Shown here in pieces: positions 1 through 10,778 of a stretch of 64,000 bases of DNA. The translations under genes and the position numbers were made by a program. Below the pieces are notes generated by a model. The model was given only the letters and a program-made list of their open reading frames with translations, was not told the origin of the DNA and did no database searches. Source of the stretch: a virus. Its lineage: Duplodnaviria; Heunggongvirae; Uroviricota; Caudoviricetes. Position 1 is the stretch's first letter. Each line of letters opens with the position of its first letter. The stretch lies in IMG/VR virus record IMGVR_UViG_3300045988_147321; one strand, 5' to 3'.

Positions 1-185
1 CCGGCTGCTAGATCGTATGCAGCTTTAACCGCTTTTGGAGTTGCAGCTAATGTTTCAGAAGTGCTGTTGGTGTCGCTACTGAGCTGAACTATCCCTTTTT
101 GTGTCGTGGTTGCATCCTGCGCCGTATACTTGCTTTTCGCCAGATCGTAGGCTTTTTTAACTGCCAGCGAACTCGCAGCAACATC
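1..185 (-). CDS. tail fibre protein, N-terminal part (partial, runs off the window edge)
   Basis: Manual translation of the minus strand from ATG at 185-183 gives MFAASSLAVKKAYDLAKSKYTAQDATTTQKGIVQLSSDTNSTSETLAATPKAVKAAYDLAA with no stop to position 1; repeated AVKKAYDLA/AVKAAYDLA motif; position downstream of baseplate genes. Not in the ORF track. Confidence 0.4.
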
Positions 186-203
186 ACTTCTGGTACTGGT
201 TAC

Positions 204-752
204 AGAGTCTGAAATATCAATGCCGATCGTGCGGTTGATACGCTCGGATGTATCAATCATCTCTTGAGTAATGGTAGATACGCCAGCAGGGATATTCACC
301 GTACAAACCAGCAGTTCCCCATCACCTAACTGATATGAATCGGTATAGGTTCTGGCAACAAATTCAGCTGCATGAATATGTGACGCGGTATTAACCTGAT
401 AGGTATCTTCTCCAAGAAGGTATCTTCCCTTCAGCACAATTGCATATTTCTTGCCTGCGTTAAGTGCAAGAGAGATATCCTTACGATGCTGAATAGTTAC
501 CTGGTAGAATTCACCAATATCCACTGACGCCGCGCCAGCGGTTTTATCTCCATCCACTGAGGTGATTAACAGGTTCATCCCACCGCCAGGCTTAGGCAAG
601 AAACCAGCATAAAATCCCGGGTCAACAATTCCCCTGAATTTTCGGTTTAGAGCGGCTGACAGATATGGTTCGTGGTATTGCACATCAGCCACCAGAGCCA
701 ACGACTCGGGTGATGGGTAAGTAACCGATGTAACAACTGTAACGTCATTCAT
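204..752 (-). CDS. tail-associated protein, 182 aa (absent from the supplied ORF track)
   Basis: Manual frame check: ATG at 752-750, open to TAA at 203-201; begins MNDVTVVTSVTYPSPESLALVADVQYHEPYL. Lies in the tail fibre operon. Confidence 0.45.
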
Positions 753-763
753 CAAGCATATCC

Positions 764-1198
764 TTATGCTGTAGTCGAGTTTATGGCCATAACTGCGGTA
801 TATGTTTTGCCCACATACAGCGAGTCTTCCTGGACACAAATAATGGCGATTGGCTTATTCTCGTTATCCAGAACAACCAGAGTGTTGAATGGGTAGTTTT
901 TCCCTTCCTGCAACTGACTTTGATCAAGGTCCATTCGGACAGTAATTATCCCGCCTGAGTAGGTTGGGACGAGGTTGATGGTGCAAAATTGACTGGTCAG
1001 TTCTGCCAGATCGAAAGCCTTTGGCAGTTCTCCAATCTCATAAGTGCCATCTCCTTTCTTAGTAACCAGTGAACTGGTACCGAAAACGGCCTTGCTGATT
1101 AAAAATCGAGAGCCTTTGTTAATGGACGATTCAGCGCGCCGCTGATAGTAATAGTCCAACAACTGACTCTTATAGAGGTTTGTTGAGACGTCAGACAT
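764..1198 (-). CDS. tail/baseplate-associated protein, 144 aa
   Basis: ORF track; position in the minus-strand tail operon. Confidence 0.4.
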   Translation of the reverse strand: MSDVSTNLYKSQLLDYYYQRRAESSINKGSRFLISKAVFGTSSLVTKKGDGTYEIGELPKAFDLAELTSQFCTINLVPTYSGGIITVRMDLDQSQLQEGKNYPFNTLVVLDNENKPIAIICVQEDSLYVGKTYTAVMAINSTTA

Positions 1199-1232
1199 GA
1201 TTTTCCCTAATCAATGTTGTGAAGCCTCATTG

Positions 1233-1255
1233 TAAGATAAGTAACTTGTCACCCC
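1233..1255 (-). promoter_or_regulatory. candidate late promoter (GTGAC, 7-8 nt spacer, TA-rich -10-like hexamer, minus-strand sense)
   Basis: Same TGAC + spacer + -10-like arrangement recurs upstream of four other late operons in this window. Confidence 0.25.
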
Positions 1256-1276
1256 GCCCTGCGGACGGGGTGATTG

Positions 1277-2116
1277 TCACGCATCGCTATCCAACAGCAA
1301 ATCATCTGCGCGGGTGCGATCAAACGTAGGCGTTGCTTTCACAATAGTGCCGCCCGGCGTTGCAGTGATCGGGGCGTTAATCGACGTAACTTCAGTAAGC
1401 GAAGTTGTATCCGAAGTTTCAAACCAGCAGAATGCTTTTTCGGTATCAGAAATCTCATTCAAAGTGATCATGTCGGCCTGTTCATTTACAACAACCGACA
1501 AATAGAGCGTAAGCCCATCAAACACTATATGCAGTGGCAGTAGAGGCTTTACGAACTGATTAAACTTTCTGAGAATTTCTTCTGTAATTGCGGACTGATC
1601 TATCGTTCCAGTAATACCCATTGTCCGGGCCAGGTCGTTTATGGGAATACTGATCATTCCTCTGGAAGTCAGAAACATCTCGCCGAATGTGCCGCCGGTG
1701 GTTTCCAGTGTGCTTTCTGGAATCAGGACCGTGCCATAGGGATGACGTTCAAAGTCCACCGGAGCATATATGGGATCCCATAAAACCGATATACCGTTAA
1801 ATTCGCGATAAATTGTCTGGTTTATAGGGCGTTCAGTACCCTTAAAATGGATCTCATCAAACCGCTGTTGTAACAACATCGGAACGGAAGATGAATTCGA
1901 CGTTCTGATAGTAAAAAACTGGCCAAGTTCATTTGTCCTAGTCTCCAGATCCTCCTTGCTCATGGAGAAAATAGACTTCCGGTTGGTAATTCGCTCCAAC
2001 CATGGGTCAACAAAGGTGTCCATCATTGACTGAACCAAATCAGCCAATGATTTATAAAGTAATGACTTTTGCTTAGCTGATGTAAGCCGGTTATTAAACC
2101 AGGAACGCTGCATCAC
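1277..2116 (-). CDS. baseplate/tail structural protein, 279 aa
   Basis: ORF track; 4-nt overlap with upstream baseplate gene. Confidence 0.4.
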   Translation of the reverse strand: MMQRSWFNNRLTSAKQKSLLYKSLADLVQSMMDTFVDPWLERITNRKSIFSMSKEDLETRTNELGQFFTIRTSNSSSVPMLLQQRFDEIHFKGTERPINQTIYREFNGISVLWDPIYAPVDFERHPYGTVLIPESTLETTGGTFGEMFLTSRGMISIPINDLARTMGITGTIDQSAITEEILRKFNQFVKPLLPLHIVFDGLTLYLSVVVNEQADMITLNEISDTEKAFCWFETSDTTSLTEVTSINAPITATPGGTIVKATPTFDRTRADDLLLDSDA

Positions 2117-3546
2117 TCCTCCTCATACGAAATATTAAAGGTGGAGTTTTCTGTATCCAGATAAACGAAATCGTAAAAGCCGTTGGACTCATTCCACTCG
2201 ACAAATTCCAGATAAAAGTCGCGGAAATAACCCAGCGTTTCGATAAATGCCCAAACGTCTTTTTTCTTGATTAGGATGTACTTGCCGACACGGTTCGGAT
2301 CAAAGAAAGTTGAGTCACGCCCAAATTTTGTTTCCAGTGCCGACTTCAGCTCATCAGTCACGTTCTCAATGGTCAGGCTTGCCGATATCCGCCCAGTGAT
2401 GGTGATCTTAAAGGGGAGTTTTCTGACCTCTTTATACGAGAATTTCTTGTTCAACTCATTCGGCACCTTCTTAAAGGCAGCCAGGATCATTTCTTCAAGC
2501 TCTGACTGGCTTTTGTTTGGATGCCATCCTGAAATAAATATCTTATTGATATTCCGAACATTATAAGCACCATCTAATTTCTCTTGCTGGCCTTCGCCCC
2601 ATGCCTTTACCCAGGACAGTCCCGGGATGTTACGCACCAGAAAATACGTATAGTCCCCGCCCCATACGACCTGATCATCATAGGCAAGGTAATATTGTGC
2701 ACGGTTACGTGTGATCTCCGTTGTTTCAGCATCGGTACCTGCGGTTATAGGTGTCGTTGTCTTAACTGAAATCAAATTAGCTAAATTAGCCGCAGAATCA
2801 ACAGGAGTCAGGTTTTGGCCAGCAACCAGGGTTATATCGCCGTTGGTGCACCATACCTTAAGCGTAATTGTCGAGCCTTCTGGCGGTATTTGCCCAATTA
2901 GCCCATCGCCGAATCGGACACCCAACTGTTCGGATGGTTTATAAAACTCAACGTAGACCTGGCTTTTACTACCAGCTAACCGGAACATTGTGCTGGAAGA
3001 CCACTGCGTGGTCTTACCATCGGTCGTCACGAATACTTCCAGCTTATAGCAGACAGCAGTGAGAGCCTTTGATAACACGACTTCCAGAAATTCTTTGGCA
3101 GCCGTAACGGTATATGTCACCTCCTGGATTTCCAACTGTGCCACTTCTACCGTACCGGTGCCGTCAACCAACCTGCATACATCCATAGTCATGTAAGGGT
3201 ACTGGTCGTCAGATATTAAAGGCATGTTTTTGGGAATTACCGCTGGGGCATCTTCACTTGTGGCGGTGATCTCAATCATCCCCGATGACGGTGTTGGCTT
3301 GGTACCAACGTAACTATTCGTTTCTGCCGCTGCCAGGATAGAGGAACGCCGCGTCGCGGTCGATATAAAGCCTTCAGCCAGCGCCGCATCGGCATACTGA
3401 AAGCACCTGTAGACAATCTGGGTAATAAACAATGTCAGCATCGAGACAAATTGAGAGCCGACAAACTTCGACCAGAATGAATCTTTCTCGACAAGCTCTT
3501 CAAACTCTGCACGAATACTGTCTTTAGTCGGTGTTGTTTTACTCAT
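2113..3546 (-). CDS. baseplate wedge protein, J/gp6-like, 477 aa
   Basis: Size and position immediately after a W/gp25-like gene; overlapping stop/start coupling. Confidence 0.45.
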   Translation of the reverse strand: MSKTTPTKDSIRAEFEELVEKDSFWSKFVGSQFVSMLTLFITQIVYRCFQYADAALAEGFISTATRRSSILAAAETNSYVGTKPTPSSGMIEITATSEDAPAVIPKNMPLISDDQYPYMTMDVCRLVDGTGTVEVAQLEIQEVTYTVTAAKEFLEVVLSKALTAVCYKLEVFVTTDGKTTQWSSSTMFRLAGSKSQVYVEFYKPSEQLGVRFGDGLIGQIPPEGSTITLKVWCTNGDITLVAGQNLTPVDSAANLANLISVKTTTPITAGTDAETTEITRNRAQYYLAYDDQVVWGGDYTYFLVRNIPGLSWVKAWGEGQQEKLDGAYNVRNINKIFISGWHPNKSQSELEEMILAAFKKVPNELNKKFSYKEVRKLPFKITITGRISASLTIENVTDELKSALETKFGRDSTFFDPNRVGKYILIKKKDVWAFIETLGYFRDFYLEFVEWNESNGFYDFVYLDTENSTFNISYEEE

Positions 3547-3902
3547 AGCACCACGTCCTGTGTGATAGTTATATCCCTGATACGAATGGATATTTTCAAC
3601 TTATCAAAAGCATCTCCCTCGGCTACTGACAAGCCAGAAATCGGTATGTCAGGTAAATCTACCGTCAGTTTTTGCAACAGCATTGCCTCAACCGCAATTT
3701 GAACATGCGACAAGTTGGTCGGTTCGTGTTTAAACTGCGGTAAAACATTGCCCCATGACGGATCCCCGTATACCTCACCCTGATAAGTGTTTAGCCACTC
3801 ATATAAACGAGCGCCCCAGGCCTCCTCCTGGGACTCATACGTTTTTACGCCGGATAACTCCAGCGTCAGCAAAGGATCAATTTCGTTATTGTTGGCCATC
3901 AA
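3543..3902 (-). CDS. baseplate protein, W/gp25-like, 119 aa
   Basis: Size and position between sit and the J-like gene. Confidence 0.4.
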   Translation of the reverse strand: MMANNNEIDPLLTLELSGVKTYESQEEAWGARLYEWLNTYQGEVYGDPSWGNVLPQFKHEPTNLSHVQIAVEAMLLQKLTVDLPDIPISGLSVAEGDAFDKLKISIRIRDITITQDVVL

Positions 3903-6900
3903 TCAACTCTCGCGTAGTCATTCATCAACGGATCATCAATTGACAGTGGTACCGTGCGCATAACGCCCGGCTGAGGCGTGCTGACCTTTACGACAGTTCC
4001 CTGGCCTTTCGCCGAGTCTTTGGTGTGCTCTTCAATCCTGGCAAGCAATGAGGTCATCTGCGCAAACAGCCGCTTCGTTTCACCATCAAGTGAAACGGTA
4101 TTATCAGCCAACTGCATTGTCGGCTTGGCACCGGAGCCGCCAAGGTCACTAATAACCTGTCCGTCTATCTGCATACGACCGGTTGGTTGCTGCAAATCGT
4201 TGGCGGCAGTCGTCACCTGGGACGTGGAGGCTGGTTCAAGCGCATTATTTTTCCGCATCCCCGGCGAGTTGCGGAGTTTATCGAATAGTCCATCAATCCC
4301 CATTTGTGCGCCGAGTTGGTCAAAGTAACTTGAGTTGCTGGCCACCGGACGCGCCTCTTCAACTGGCATCGGAGTATCAACATACACATTGCCAGCTGCT
4401 GTTGCGGTCCCCTTCCCTCGTGCACGTTCTTCGAGCGTTCCCTGAACGACTTCCCGACGCATACCCCGGCCATTCATGAATTTGTTGACCAGATCGTTAA
4501 CGCCAACAGCATTGCCGATTTTGTCTACCAGACCGCCTTTCTCAAACGGGCTATCACCAGGGGTAAACGCCAGGCCAGTAGACTGATCGATAACGGCGTT
4601 ATCAGGTATCTTTTCGTAAATTGCTGGTGCGCTATGATCTACCTTAGAGCCATAAACGGCACCATTATTGAGCATCTGCTGATACCCTCTGACACGAGTA
4701 ACATATTCGCCGGTACCTGCGACTACTCTCCCCTTATCAACATGCCCCATACCAGCATGATAGGCAGCTATTGCACGACCCTGATCACCGTTATAACGGT
4801 TCATCAGCATACTTAGGTATCTGGCGGCACCATCAGCTGCTTTTCGTGTATCCATGGCATCAGCATCGCTGAGTCCAAGATCCTCCCTTGTACCTTTAGT
4901 GATCTGAAAAGCCCCAAGGGCAGATGAAAGTTTGTTCCCGTTTTTGTCTACTGGATTTCCAGTTCTCTGGCCTGCACTAGACTCTGCGGATGCAACTGCT
5001 GACAGAATCCCTTTTTCAAGCCCATACTTACGTTCAAGCTCATCAAAATAATCGGCATTGTCAGAAATCCATTGGTATCCGGCAGCATTTAATTTTGGCA
5101 AAGAAACATCCTTGCCATTGTTAAATCGACGTTTATCTATCTCATATGCACTTAATGCTTCCTCCTTACCTGTAGCAGACTGCCCCAAGGCAGCATCAAT
5201 TGTTTGTGCTGCTTTATTTCCTGTTTCTACGGCATTTGCATTGATAATCTGATTAGCAGTTTCTTTAACTGTTTTATTGCTATCTTTCGCCATATCCAGA
5301 GCCGCATTTATCACGCGGGCAGCAATATTAGTCTGTTTGGCATCGGATTCAGTTTTAGAATCAGATGTCCCCTGGTGGCTATTAACCGGAGCTTTTAACT
5401 CTGGAGTGATTTCTTTCGCATTAGCCTCGCCGATCGGATTGGGTATTTTTGATACAATCATTGCCGCAGGGGTATTTTTAACGGCATCAACCGCTGCATC
5501 TAATGCTTTACCTGGTAAATTTTTAACCCCATCCCAAATATTACCAGCCGCCTCTTTAATGTGTTTCCCTGGGTTCTTAATGAAATCAATTGCACTATCA
5601 ATTGCATCACTGAAAACCTGTTTCAGGTTATCGACAGTAAAGAAGTCTTTGATGGCATCCAGCTTTTCAAGCAGCTTATTAGATGTATCGCTAAACCATG
5701 CTGAAACAGCATCACCAATCTTTGCTGTGTAATCATCGAACTTGGTAGAAATGGTGTCGCCAAGGTTAGAAATATATGTTTCTAAGTTGGTAATCCCACT
5801 ATCAATGGCCAGGGCAATACTTTCCGTCGAAAATGATTGCAACATATTGCCGATATCCTCAAATCCAAGTGATTTGAGAACCTCACCAATGGCGCTGCTA
5901 ATACCAGATACCAGTCCCCCCATATCAAGAACATTAGCTAACGTATAAGCGGCTTTTTGCTGGAATGATGGATCTTGTCCTGATTTAAGCCCAAACGCTC
6001 GACGTTGCGCTTCTGTATCATTCCAACCGGTTACCGCATCATAAATACCTCCAGCCACTGTGCCGACTAGGGGAATTGCGCGTAACGCCCCTTTACCAAC
6101 TGCCTTTAATCCAAGTTTACCTGCTGCCCGGGCAGCCAAATCTCCGCCTTCATGGGCGAGAGTCTTCTTGCCACCACCGCGTAGCATTCCTACAAGTTTC
6201 TTTGCCCCCAGAGCGCCAAAAGCGAGTGCTCCAGCTTTTTTCAGCATGCCACGCCCCATTAACAACGACGCGACGCCACCGGCCCCCTTCCCTAACAGGC
6301 TAAATAATTTGGACAGCAAGCCGCCCTTCTTTTTCCCGGTGTTTTTGGCTATCTGATCAAGGGCGCTGAGAATCTTGTCATTGCCCTCTTTAATTTCGCT
6401 GGTCTGATCCTGAAGTTCCTGAACCGTCCGTTTTTGGGTGTTAACCTGAACGACATCGGCACTATTTTGCGATTTACGCCTAAAAAAACCTTTTCTACGG
6501 CTGTTATCGTCATTGCCACGAATCACATCGGCAATAGACTTTCTGGCACCATTAAGCGATCCACCAACTTCTTTTGATATCCCGCCAAGCTCCTTCCCTG
6601 CGGCCCACAATGGACCAGCAACGGCATAACCTAACGCATCGACGGCACGAGTCTCTGAAGGGTTACCTATGCCTTCAGCTACTTTTGACAGTTTTTTTAA
6701 TAAACCTGATTCAGCATTTAGACGCTCATCATCCTCTTTTCGCCTGGCCTTTTCTGCTCGTTCAGCACGGGCATCTTCCGCTGCGGCCTTACTCCCTGAC
6801 TTTCCAATAAAACGACCACGCGCATCGCGTTGGTTTTGGCTTTTTTGCGCACCGCCTTTTTGACCGAACATTTCGCGAGCGTGTTCGGCTGCTTCGGTCC

Positions 6901-7273
6901 GTTGCGCCTTTACATCCTCTGGTATAGCCTTCCTGCGTCGTTTTTTACCATTTGGTGTGGTTGATTTGGCCCGCTGTTCCTGTTGAGCAACATCTTCCTG
7001 AACTACACGAGAAACGTCCCCTAAATTAAGCCGTTTCATTGCGTCAACAATAGGGTCTACTGATGGCGCTTTGGCCACAAAGTCAGGCCGGGAATTTTCG
7101 ATTGTGTGATTTAATGCCGACACGCTGCGAGAGACAGGATCAACAGTAGCAACTCGCCCACCTTTCAAATCTTCAACAGCTTCCCGGATACCAGCAAGCT
7201 CTTCCAGCTCTTTTGCGCTGGCGGTTTCAACTGTCCTTATAACATCGTCAATGTTGGCGTTTTTTCTTTCCAT
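3899..7273 (-). CDS. sit: Sit-like injection transglycosylase / tape-measure-type protein, 1124 aa
   Basis: C-terminal soluble lytic transglycosylase motif (GAFQITKGT ... AIAAYHAGMGHV); long Ala/Gly/Lys-rich and coiled-coil N-terminal region; size near P1 Sit. Confidence 0.8.
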   Translation of the reverse strand: MERKNANIDDVIRTVETASAKELEELAGIREAVEDLKGGRVATVDPVSRSVSALNHTIENSRPDFVAKAPSVDPIVDAMKRLNLGDVSRVVQEDVAQQEQRAKSTTPNGKKRRRKAIPEDVKAQRTEAAEHAREMFGQKGGAQKSQNQRDARGRFIGKSGSKAAAEDARAERAEKARRKEDDERLNAESGLLKKLSKVAEGIGNPSETRAVDALGYAVAGPLWAAGKELGGISKEVGGSLNGARKSIADVIRGNDDNSRRKGFFRRKSQNSADVVQVNTQKRTVQELQDQTSEIKEGNDKILSALDQIAKNTGKKKGGLLSKLFSLLGKGAGGVASLLMGRGMLKKAGALAFGALGAKKLVGMLRGGGKKTLAHEGGDLAARAAGKLGLKAVGKGALRAIPLVGTVAGGIYDAVTGWNDTEAQRRAFGLKSGQDPSFQQKAAYTLANVLDMGGLVSGISSAIGEVLKSLGFEDIGNMLQSFSTESIALAIDSGITNLETYISNLGDTISTKFDDYTAKIGDAVSAWFSDTSNKLLEKLDAIKDFFTVDNLKQVFSDAIDSAIDFIKNPGKHIKEAAGNIWDGVKNLPGKALDAAVDAVKNTPAAMIVSKIPNPIGEANAKEITPELKAPVNSHQGTSDSKTESDAKQTNIAARVINAALDMAKDSNKTVKETANQIINANAVETGNKAAQTIDAALGQSATGKEEALSAYEIDKRRFNNGKDVSLPKLNAAGYQWISDNADYFDELERKYGLEKGILSAVASAESSAGQRTGNPVDKNGNKLSSALGAFQITKGTREDLGLSDADAMDTRKAADGAARYLSMLMNRYNGDQGRAIAAYHAGMGHVDKGRVVAGTGEYVTRVRGYQQMLNNGAVYGSKVDHSAPAIYEKIPDNAVIDQSTGLAFTPGDSPFEKGGLVDKIGNAVGVNDLVNKFMNGRGMRREVVQGTLEERARGKGTATAAGNVYVDTPMPVEEARPVASNSSYFDQLGAQMGIDGLFDKLRNSPGMRKNNALEPASTSQVTTAANDLQQPTGRMQIDGQVISDLGGSGAKPTMQLADNTVSLDGETKRLFAQMTSLLARIEEHTKDSAKGQGTVVKVSTPQPGVMRTVPLSIDDPLMNDYARVD

Positions 7274-7354
7274 GATCTTATCGCCTACCGTTTCGGTTTA
7301 AGTTTTTCTTCCAGTTTCTCCAACAGGAAAAACGCATAGGATTCAGTGAGCCTT

Positions 7355-8236
7355 TCAGCGTCCTGAATCGGTATACCCCCATACAAAACCAGGTTGGACA
7401 CTAAGGTCTGATAGCTTTTCAATCCCCACCTGTGGAATGAAGTCGGTAGCCCGAAAGGGCACCCACAGACGGGTATACGCACCCTCTGTGGACTCCTTTT
7501 TATCCTGGTTTGGGCATTTATGCGGCGGGAGACGAAGACGCATTTCACCTTTATCGATGTAGCACGGTAAACCATGTTCGAGCTTTTCATGAGCCAGTCG
7601 GATGTGTGCCGCCAGCTTCATAAATTCAGTATCAATGGCCATCCGTTTAATCGTTTCATAACGACGCTCAGCCTGATCTTCACGAGTACCGCTAACATCG
7701 TTATAAAGCTCACACTGATAAGCGAATTCCCAAAAACGCAAATCAACGATCGCTTCTTTGAATTCCGCGTCGTCTTCAGGTGGCAATGCTGCACGGCGCA
7801 TCTCCAGCATTTCCATTGCCCAACCATCAAGCGGCACGATACGCCATTGATAAGGCACTCCCTCTACAGACACCTCAATATCGTCAATGAAAGGTTCCAC
7901 TTCCAGGACCTGGATATCTTCAGCCAGAGCATTCATATCGCAATCGTAATAATGCTCTTTACCGCAATGTTTACAGGTGTAGGTGAATGTCTCGACCGGT
8001 GTTTCACGGGAGCCGGTAAATATCCACCATAACGCGGTAATCCGGTCCTGCGCCGTCCATGTCAGGGGATCATGTTTCGCGGGTTCAGCCAGCAAGGCTT
8101 TTAAATATGCCGTTGTCTGTTGTTCTTGTTCCTCCGGTGTTATCGAGTTGAAACGCATCGCATCAGCAATATTTGGCTGACGGAACTGGATCAATTCAGT
8201 TGGCCGCGATGGTAGCGGGAAAAGGGGTAAAAGCAT
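7355..8236 (-). CDS. tail assembly protein upstream of sit, 293 aa
   Basis: ORF track; position; its 3' end is overlapped by a second frame (7285-7590) that runs to 12 nt before sit. Confidence 0.4.
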   Translation of the reverse strand: MLLPLFPLPSRPTELIQFRQPNIADAMRFNSITPEEQEQQTTAYLKALLAEPAKHDPLTWTAQDRITALWWIFTGSRETPVETFTYTCKHCGKEHYYDCDMNALAEDIQVLEVEPFIDDIEVSVEGVPYQWRIVPLDGWAMEMLEMRRAALPPEDDAEFKEAIVDLRFWEFAYQCELYNDVSGTREDQAERRYETIKRMAIDTEFMKLAAHIRLAHEKLEHGLPCYIDKGEMRLRLPPHKCPNQDKKESTEGAYTRLWVPFRATDFIPQVGIEKLSDLSVQPGFVWGYTDSGR

Positions 8237-8250
8237 CCTTGCTCCTTAAT

Positions 8251-8862
8251 TCAAAGAGAAAAACTAAAGCCCAGAAGGGAAGCCAAAGAACTTGAGGATT
8301 GGTTAAACGTGCTGTGCAATGCGAAGGTCATTGGGAATGACTTAAATTCCGTGACCTGATCCCGCGCATAGGTGACATCGCCGGTAGTAACCGGGAATAC
8401 CGTCATCTCATTTTCCAGTTTGGTTAAACCGGAAGACAGCAACCGATAAATACGCACATTGAGCAAATATTTAGACGGTATGTTCACGGTGCCGTCAGGA
8501 TTGATCACCCGACTTTTTGCCGTCTTAAACCAGTCCAAAACGAGGCCATCACCGGTATCCCTGACCATCATTGTTATCTGCCCAGGCGAACGCTCCGTTG
8601 GCTGAAGGATATTCCCTCCGCCGATTTTAATCGTTTCATATTCGATGCTGTAATCGTGGTAGGTAATGTCTTTGGCAAAGAAGTCTGCCCCCTCCAGCCC
8701 ATCAACTTCGACAGAGAACTGCCATCCTTGCGCGAACAGCATTTTGTTCATGATGATTGACGTCAGCTTACCAACTTCCCGCTCACCAACGCCGGAGCCA
8801 AATAATGTCGTCGTTAATGCCGAAGATATATAAGACTTTACTGATGCAACATTAAGTCCCAT
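8251..8862 (-). CDS. tail structural protein, possibly tail tube, 203 aa
   Basis: Size and position only. Confidence 0.3.
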   Translation of the reverse strand: MGLNVASVKSYISSALTTTLFGSGVGEREVGKLTSIIMNKMLFAQGWQFSVEVDGLEGADFFAKDITYHDYSIEYETIKIGGGNILQPTERSPGQITMMVRDTGDGLVLDWFKTAKSRVINPDGTVNIPSKYLLNVRIYRLLSSGLTKLENEMTVFPVTTGDVTYARDQVTEFKSFPMTFALHSTFNQSSSSLASLLGFSFSL

Positions 8863-8872
8863 ATCAACGACC

Positions 8873-9480
<608 letters not shown>

Positions 9481-9593
9481 TTGTCATTTGTTACCGGTCA
9501 GTCTACACATTTCAGATACTACGTTAAAACAACTCAAGTGCTTCAAGTAGCACATCGTCATCAACACCCAATCCGAAGATGCGGAGATAAAAT

Positions 9594-10778
9594 TCAAGCC
9601 TTAAGAGGCTTTGTGTATGTTCGTGTAATCCAACCAGTAATAAACTCATCCCCTGATTTAACCTGCACGTAAAGCCATTGACGATCTTTCTTATCTAAAA
9701 TAGCAACAATTGTGTTTTTGCCAATGCATTCAATCACTTCACTATTTAAAGAAGGACTGACATGTAATCTTACGTTATCACCAGTTATAAACCTAAAACC
9801 ATTGAGATCTTCCCACTTAATTTCTGTGTTTTCTTTAATTAATTTTTGTTTTGATATTGGTGCATCCTCATATAGGGATACAGAATATGATTCTGTCTTG
9901 TGTATTTGCGATAAGATTTGTTCTTTTGCATAATCAGCAATAGCGCCAAGCACCACTTCTGTTAAAAGCCACATAATAATAAACTGAAGCGGGTGAGGGA
10001 GCGACTTAAATGAATCAATGAACGTCGAACTGGATTTATTTAATCCTTTGTCTTGAACATCACTTTCGTTGTGAGATGTTTCAATAGCACCTTCGACATA
10101 AGCCTGTGCAATTGATGAAAGACTTTGCTCCATTATTTGATGTAATGAAGCCTTTTGCGCTAGGGTATATTGTTTTAATGATTCTTTTATTTCATTGTTT
10201 AAATCTATCTTATGACTTACATTTTGTCGCAATTCATTAAGTATTGCTTGCATGTTATTTAAACCAGCTTGCTTATTAAGCATCTCGAACTGGTTTCGTA
10301 ACGGCATAGCAATTTCTGCCTGCTTCCTTAGCATTTGAATGTATTTATTTGCATCATGCGGGGGATAAACCTTGGCCTGTTTCTGTAGAATTTCAAGAAA
10401 TTCACGATGCTTGCTATTTATTCTTCTCAAGCTCGTCATGTTCGCAAGCTGTTTTTTAACAGAATCACTAAGTAACGATTGCAAATTCAATCTTGCTATT
10501 TGTTCTTGAGCTAGCCGCCCTATTCTTAACTGTTCTTGCAAGTTTGCCATATGTTCTCTATACGATGGAATGATTGCGTTTTTTTGCAGTTCTGCCAACT
10601 GTCTAACCAAATTATTAGAAGCATATTCTGATTTTAATAAATCACTTGCCGATGTATATCCTGGCATTTTGATTTTACTTAAATTATCACGCCAGGTAAT
10701 ATTTGAATCTCTATTATAGAGATCGCTTACTGAGCCAAGTGCAAGTTTTTTAATATCCTTCACTTTATTCACCGTCAT
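9594..10778 (-). CDS. membrane-anchored coiled-coil protein with C-terminal SH3b-like domain, 394 aa
   Basis: Hydrophobic segment FIIMWLLTEVVLGAIA; C-terminal SH3b-like signature (NVRLHVSP ... WLYVQV ... GWI); AT-rich coding sequence. Confidence 0.5.
   Translation of the reverse strand: MTVNKVKDIKKLALGSVSDLYNRDSNITWRDNLSKIKMPGYTSASDLLKSEYASNNLVRQLAELQKNAIIPSYREHMANLQEQLRIGRLAQEQIARLNLQSLLSDSVKKQLANMTSLRRINSKHREFLEILQKQAKVYPPHDANKYIQMLRKQAEIAMPLRNQFEMLNKQAGLNNMQAILNELRQNVSHKIDLNNEIKESLKQYTLAQKASLHQIMEQSLSSIAQAYVEGAIETSHNESDVQDKGLNKSSSTFIDSFKSLPHPLQFIIMWLLTEVVLGAIADYAKEQILSQIHKTESYSVSLYEDAPISKQKLIKENTEIKWEDLNGFRFITGDNVRLHVSPSLNSEVIECIGKNTIVAILDKKDRQWLYVQVKSGDEFITGWITRTYTKPLKA

Noticed and set aside
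1238-1261. GC-rich hairpin (CACCCCG ... CGGGGTG) as a terminator
   Set aside because: Not followed by a U-run on either strand; it overlaps the candidate late promoter and is more likely a leader structure or coincidental.
3978-7273. Numerous plus-strand ORFs (for example 5277-5732, 6060-6356) inside the sit gene
   Set aside because: They lie antisense to, or frame-shifted within, a long well-supported gene and have Ala/Pro/Ser-rich composition typical of shadow ORFs.
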